Made by a program: the position numbers and the translations under genes. A DNA stretch of 64,000 nt from Waterburya sp. Lineage in GTDB: Bacteria > Cyanobacteriota > Cyanobacteriia > Cyanobacteriales > Xenococcaceae. This document shows, piece after piece, positions 59,249 to 64,000 of this stretch. The notes below the pieces were generated by a model. The model did no database searches and had not been told where the DNA came from. It saw only the letters and a list, made by a program, of their open reading frames with translations. The stretch is taken from NCBI GenBank assembly GCA_965217895.1, contig CBDCJV010000002.1, positions 3,488,001 through 3,552,000 on the forward strand, read 5' to 3'. Each line of letters begins with the position of its first letter. Position 1 is the first letter of the stretch.

Positions 59249-60745
59249 TTAACTTCGATACATTTGCGCTTTCTCTTCTGAACGTACGCGTCTTGCAGCT
59301 TTATTTCCTCCTGTCAGATTAGAGACGATAATAAATGCAGCCAATCCTACCAAAGGACTAATCAGAGTGGGAAAACCGTCAAAATCTGCTGTGAAAATAC
59401 CGTTAGGAATATATAACAGCGTGTTGTCGATACCGAAGGTAACAGGCATTAATACAAAGAAAATTAATCGCGTTAGCGAACCAAGAATAATACAGGATAG
59501 CGCACCTTGCCAAGTCCCTTTATTCCAATAAATACCACCAGCTAGAGGTACTAAAAGACCTGCAAAACCTAAGTCGAAAGCGAGTAATAGCAAAACTCCA
59601 GTTTGGGGTATTTTTAAAGCAAAAAAGACTCCTAACGCCGTAATTAAAAAAGCCATAATGCGGGTAATTAATAACAATCTGTCTCCTGCTGCATTATGGT
59701 CATCAGAACGAATACCGATTATGTTGTGGGCGATGACGGAAGAAGTACCTAGAATTGCCCCGTCGGCAGTAGAAAGAGAAGCAGAAAGGATTGCCATAAT
59801 AACTATCAATCCCAGTAAGGGAGGTACCACACCATCAATTAGGGCATAAAGGATGGGACCATCAGGAGTAATCCCCGCATCGGCGAGAATTTGGGGTGCA
59901 GAAAGAGCAATTAAAGAAAAAGGGATACCAATAATCAAAGTACCAGCACAGCCAATTAAACAGGCTCTTTGGGCGGTTTCAGGGCTTTTGGCTGCAAATA
60001 TACGCGCCATAAAGTCAATCGCGACAATATCTCCTAATCCTAATGCAAGTAAAGTTGCCCAGTTAACTACTGCACCAGCACCAGGATCGCTTAGTTGTGC
60101 AAAAGCCAATGGACCAGTATCGGCAGGCACATCTAAGCCAAAGTTTACAGCGATAAAAGCCAGTAAGCTTAATGAACCGATAAGAGCGATCGCCACTTGA
60201 ATCGCATCAGTATATGCCACGGCAAATAATCCACCGCTAGCAGTATAGATAAAGACCACAATTGCCAACAGCATCACTCCAGCTATATAGCTTGTGCCTA
60301 AAAAAGCTTGAAATAAATATCCTCCTGCCACCAAATTACCAGCTAGCAAAAAGGAAAAACTCAACACCATTAAACATGATGCCACTACTTCGGTTGAGCG
60401 ATTATATTTAACCCGATAAAAGTCTGGCAGAGTGATTAAACCCATACGGTTCATCGGTTTAGCAAAAAACATAGCGGTCAAAAATAAGCACAGTGCTAAC
60501 CCAATTGGTAAAGATGCCCCAGCCCAAAAACCAAACTCGGCTGCTAAATCTGTATTGCCCAAGGTAGCGTTAGAGTCTACTGACTGTGCCATCAAAGTCG
60601 CTGCTGCTAAAGGTAAAACTAGCCCTCGTCCTGCAACCAGATAGTTTTCGCTGTCTCCCTTTACTTGTTTGGCTGCCCATATTCCAATCGCTAGAGTAGC
60701 AACTAAAAATAAAATAATTCCCCAGAAGAGCAATTTTGTTGTCAT
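59249..60745 (-). CDS. Sodium:solute symporter family transporter
   Basis: YLVAGRGL, TLPDF, GGLFAVAYTDAIQ, SASLSTAD; many TMs. Confidence 0.9.
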   Translation of the reverse strand: MTTKLLFWGIILFLVATLAIGIWAAKQVKGDSENYLVAGRGLVLPLAAATLMAQSVDSNATLGNTDLAAEFGFWAGASLPIGLALCLFLTAMFFAKPMNRMGLITLPDFYRVKYNRSTEVVASCLMVLSFSFLLAGNLVAGGYLFQAFLGTSYIAGVMLLAIVVFIYTASGGLFAVAYTDAIQVAIALIGSLSLLAFIAVNFGLDVPADTGPLAFAQLSDPGAGAVVNWATLLALGLGDIVAIDFMARIFAAKSPETAQRACLIGCAGTLIIGIPFSLIALSAPQILADAGITPDGPILYALIDGVVPPLLGLIVIMAILSASLSTADGAILGTSSVIAHNIIGIRSDDHNAAGDRLLLITRIMAFLITALGVFFALKIPQTGVLLLLAFDLGFAGLLVPLAGGIYWNKGTWQGALSCIILGSLTRLIFFVLMPVTFGIDNTLLYIPNGIFTADFDGFPTLISPLVGLAAFIIVSNLTGGNKAARRVRSEEKAQMYRS

Positions 60746-60788
60746 AATTTAATCCTGGTCAATTTTGACCGTAATGTATTTGATATTT

Positions 60789-60816
60789 GTTGGGGCGAAT
60801 GGCAGTTCACCCCAAC
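60789..60816. repeat. Degenerate REP palindrome
   Basis: gttggggcgaatggcagttcaccccaac. Confidence 0.7.
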
Positions 60817-60820
60817 TTTT

Positions 60821-61522
60821 TTAAACGTGCGTTGTTAACTGTTTGGCTTGGTTTTGAGATAGGCGATCGCTAATCCAGTCAAACCACTGTTGTAAACCTT
60901 CGCCTGTTTTCCCTGAAAGATAAATAATAGTTACGTGGGGGTTCATCTGCCGTACATTGTCAGCAATGCGATCGCAATCTATATCTAAATAGGGTGCTAA
61001 ATCGGTTTTGGTAATTAGCAGGCAATCTGCTTGCTGGAACATCACGGGATACTTTAAGGGCTTGTCTTCTCCTTCGGTGATGCTAAGTAAAGCAACCTTG
61101 GCGTGTTCGCCTACTTCAAATTCTGCCGGACAAACCAAGTTACCCACGTTTTCTACCAAAACTAAATCGAAATCGCTGGGATTGTATTGATGTTGAAGAG
61201 TGTGAATGCCTCCCGCGACCATCTTGGAATCTAAATGGCAAGAACGCCCCGTATTAATCGGAATTACAGGAACATCATATTTACGAAGGCGATCGGCATC
61301 TAGTTCGGTGGTCATATCTCCTTCAATGACTACGAGCTTAAATTTAGCTTTTAATGCAGCTAAAGTTTGTTCGAGAAGAACAGTTTTTCCTGCCCCAGGA
61401 CTGCTCATAATATTGAGACAGGTAATACCCCAGCGATCGAAGTGTTCTCGGTTATGGTCTGCCCCTTCTTGGTTAGCGTGAAGTAGATTTAGTTCTAGTG
61501 CAGCGTCAAATGTTTGGTGCAT
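60821..61522 (-). CDS. hypB: HypB-like nickel-delivery GTPase (GhaB-type)
   Basis: [35 protein letters not shown]. Confidence 0.9.
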   Translation of the reverse strand: MHQTFDAALELNLLHANQEGADHNREHFDRWGITCLNIMSSPGAGKTVLLEQTLAALKAKFKLVVIEGDMTTELDADRLRKYDVPVIPINTGRSCHLDSKMVAGGIHTLQHQYNPSDFDLVLVENVGNLVCPAEFEVGEHAKVALLSITEGEDKPLKYPVMFQQADCLLITKTDLAPYLDIDCDRIADNVRQMNPHVTIIYLSGKTGEGLQQWFDWISDRLSQNQAKQLTTHV

Positions 61523-61557
61523 TTTTTCAATTATCAATAAACAATTATCAATGAACA

Positions 61558-61721
61558 GTAGGCGCGAACGGTGAGGTAGTTGAGGTGGGTCATTTGCCCT
61601 GTATTGTTTAGCAGTTTAGGTTGTAGAGGCGTGTCTTGGTCAGCATACATGCGGGAAGTACCCCTTTGTCTTGCGTCTTACGCCGACGCGGAGTCTGACC
61701 GCTTTTGCGAAACGCCCTTAC
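61558..61721. repeat. Composite REP/SDR repeat overlapping the 3' end of the hypA-like gene
   Basis: gtaggcgcgaacgg...; ttgcgtcttacgccgacgcgg shared with 9198-9219; cgaaacgcccttac end. Confidence 0.6.
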
Positions 61722-62094
61722 AATAATCGCCCTGACAATCATTTGTAGAAGAATATTCAATGCGGTCAATTTTCAATTCTCGACCAGAGCGAATATCTTC
61801 CATAGGTGCATTACAGTCAGGACAGCTATATTGCAGTCCAATTTCGGGTGTATACTCTTGTTGACAGGTGTGACAAAAAGCAATTAAAGGAATATCACGG
61901 ATGGCTAGTTCGACTCCTTCTAAAAAGGTATTGCGAGTTTGAACTTCAAAGGCAAACTGCAAACTAACTGGTTCGACACAGGTAAACTTGCCAACTACTA
62001 AATGAATTTTGTCTATTTTTGGCTGTTCTGGTTGGGAGTGATACCAATCTTTAACCGACAAGATTAAAGCCTTGGTCATATCAGTTTCGTGCAT
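61678..62094 (-). CDS. hypA: HypA-like nickel metallochaperone (GhaA-type)
   Basis: MHE start at 62094, CHTC...CPDC, SGREL. Confidence 0.9.
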   Translation of the reverse strand: MHETDMTKALILSVKDWYHSQPEQPKIDKIHLVVGKFTCVEPVSLQFAFEVQTRNTFLEGVELAIRDIPLIAFCHTCQQEYTPEIGLQYSCPDCNAPMEDIRSGRELKIDRIEYSSTNDCQGDYCKGVSQKRSDSASA

Positions 62095-62105
62095 AGTTTT
62101 ACTTA

Positions 62106-62870
62106 TTAGTAAGAGGACAAATAAACGCTGGTTTGATATTGCAGGTAAACTAAACCCCATTTATCGCTATATTTTTGGTGTAAATTAGTTAAATTATTAA
62201 CCAGTTGTTGATGTATTTCTCCTCTTTTAGGTATATATGAAGCACTAAGGGCTAACCCAATTAATTGTTCTTTAGTCATAGCTTGCTGATAGGGAAAACT
62301 ATAGCGAACCAGATTGGTAAACCAAGAATTAATTAGCTCAGAACTATATTCATCGAGACGAGAGTGAATGGCACTATTACCAGATGCTTGAGTAATAATC
62401 TTTCCATGTTGACGAGTAAATTCGTCTTTTCCATTGATGTCGCGGTCATTCCAAGCTAGAGCAATTTTGCCCTGAGATTTAAGAATACGAGCAAATTCGG
62501 CTAATGTTGGTTTGGGATTAAACCAGTGAAAAGCTTGAAAACAAGTAACCAAATCGACTGAATTGTCATTTAATTTAGTACTTTCAGCACTGCCATCTTT
62601 AAACTCCACTAATAGATGAGATGTTGCTGCTTCTCTCATAGCTGCATTAGGCTCGATCGCAATTACTTTAACTCCCCTATCGGCTAACAAACAGGAAGAG
62701 ATAGCAGTCCCCGCACCAATATCGGCAGCTATTAACCCATTTGGTGCGCCCAATCCCTCCAAAATACAGTCAATAGCTTCTGGTGGATAACTAGGACGGT
62801 ATTTAGCATAATCCACAGCGCGATCGCTAAATCGCTCTTGAGGATTCATTTGATACAGATTGTCAGACAT
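62106..62870 (-). CDS. Class I SAM-dependent methyltransferase
   Basis: YAKYRPSYP, DIGAGT, IEPN, QAFHWF. Confidence 0.9.
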   Translation of the reverse strand: MSDNLYQMNPQERFSDRAVDYAKYRPSYPPEAIDCILEGLGAPNGLIAADIGAGTAISSCLLADRGVKVIAIEPNAAMREAATSHLLVEFKDGSAESTKLNDNSVDLVTCFQAFHWFNPKPTLAEFARILKSQGKIALAWNDRDINGKDEFTRQHGKIITQASGNSAIHSRLDEYSSELINSWFTNLVRYSFPYQQAMTKEQLIGLALSASYIPKRGEIHQQLVNNLTNLHQKYSDKWGLVYLQYQTSVYLSSY

Positions 62871-62889
62871 TTATCTCATCCTTATTACT

Positions 62890-64000
62890 TTACTGCCAAG
62901 GTTCATCAACTACTTGAGCTTCATCGTGAATATAAGCGGGCTTTTCTGTACGAGGTAACTGTCCCGATATAATTAAATGTGCCATCGTGTCGCAAATGAC
63001 GCGGGTTGCCATTAATGCCGTCATATCGCTTACGTCATAGGGTGGAGAAACTTCAACCACTTCTATCCCACAAACAGTAGTGTTTTGAACAATTCTTTTG
63101 AGTAAATGCAAAACTTCGCGGGGTAATAAACCACCAGGTTCGGGCCAACCAGTACCAGGGACAAAACCAGCATCAATACAGTCAATATCAAAGCTAATCC
63201 AAACGCAATCGGTGCCGTCTGTAGCTTTGGCTATGGCAAAATCGGCTGCTGCATCTAAGCCCATCTCCACAATGTCGGTGACGGTTAAGATGTTAGTCGC
63301 TCTTTCCCGACATACTTTCACTCCTGGGCGAGGTACTTGCCAGCCACCGATGCCCATTTGAACTAAGTTTTTGGCAGGAGCATTTGCTATATTGGTAGCG
63401 TGAAACCAAGGGCAGGTGTGCATTCTTTCATCTAAATCGGTTTCTTGGGTATCGGCATGGCGATCAAAGTGAATAATACCAACTTTCTTATCTCCTAGAT
63501 GACGACAAACAGCCCTAACCGTCGGAAAACCAATGGAATGATCTCCACCTAAGATAATTGGAAATGCCCCCGAACTAAATACATGAGCGACACCTTTGGA
63601 AATCTGATCGAAAGACTTTTCATTATTAGCAGGAATAGTAAATATATCTCCTACATCGCAGAGGGTAATTTGTTCGCGTAAATCTACTCCCAACTCAAAG
63701 TTATATGGCGTATATAAAGCAGAAATTTTGCGAATACCTTGAGGGCCAAACCTCGTGCCAGGGCGGTAGGTAGTCCCAGAATCATGAGGCACACCAATAA
63801 TTGCTACATCGTAATTGCCTACTTGATTTACGTTTTCCAAATAGGGAGCTTTCATGAAAGTATTAATTCCTGCATAGTGGGGCAATTCTCCCCGCGAAAA
63901 AGTAGAAATAGTTCGGTCATTTATACTTTCTGCTGCTTCTAAACCATATTCTAAGCCTTGATCTACTTCTTGTTGCCAACCTGTAAGAGGTAGCTGACGT
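62890..64000 (-). CDS. gdmH: Ureohydrolase-family guanidine hydrolase (GdmH/Sll1077-like), 5'-partial
   Basis: GGDHS, DRHAD, HTCPWFH, SFDIDCID, PGTGWPEPGG; followed by hypA/hypB-like genes; frame open to the window end. Confidence 0.8.
   Translation of the reverse strand, partial: RQLPLTGWQQEVDQGLEYGLEAAESINDRTISTFSRGELPHYAGINTFMKAPYLENVNQVGNYDVAIIGVPHDSGTTYRPGTRFGPQGIRKISALYTPYNFELGVDLREQITLCDVGDIFTIPANNEKSFDQISKGVAHVFSSGAFPIILGGDHSIGFPTVRAVCRHLGDKKVGIIHFDRHADTQETDLDERMHTCPWFHATNIANAPAKNLVQMGIGGWQVPRPGVKVCRERATNILTVTDIVEMGLDAAADFAIAKATDGTDCVWISFDIDCIDAGFVPGTGWPEPGGLLPREVLHLLKRIVQNTTVCGIEVVEVSPPYDVSDMTALMATRVICDTMAHLIISGQLPRTEKPAYIHDEAQVVDEPWQ

Noticed and set aside
60821..62094. Hydrogenase maturation cluster
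   Set aside because: No other hyp, hox or hup genes; the context downstream of a GdmH-like ureohydrolase points to Ni delivery to that enzyme.

Overview
AT-rich cyanobacterial chromosome segment, judged from abundant HIP1 GCGATCGC octamers plus ndhN, gun4, ictB and a phycobiliprotein-lyase-like gene. Most of it is housekeeping and signalling: ilvC, icd, smpB, mutL, tlyA, prfB with its programmed frameshift, ribF, a desC-like desaturase, a cellulose synthase, several kinases and cyclases, and a guanidine hydrolase operon at the right edge. The standout region is about 28.95-38.2 kb, around the major type IV pilin locus. It holds five intact-looking toxin-antitoxin pairs, a Uma2 nuclease, decayed BrnT/BrnA remnants and three copies or remnants of a REP-associated tyrosine transposase (RAYT). 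These genes are separated by GTAG-type REP palindromes and by arrays of about 34-bp modules bounded by HIP1. Duplicated and truncated pieces in this island repeatedly break at HIP1 or HIP1-like octamers, and the modules occur in different orders in two arrays. This suggests an integron-like cassette-shuffling system that uses HIP1/REP sites and has no integron integrase (inference). Also present: a decayed IS701, an internally deleted ISAs1, an IS200/IS605-type miniature element, nested small dispersed repeats, and a second decayed patch at 40.2-42.9 kb. All family calls come from motif recognition by eye; no searches were run.
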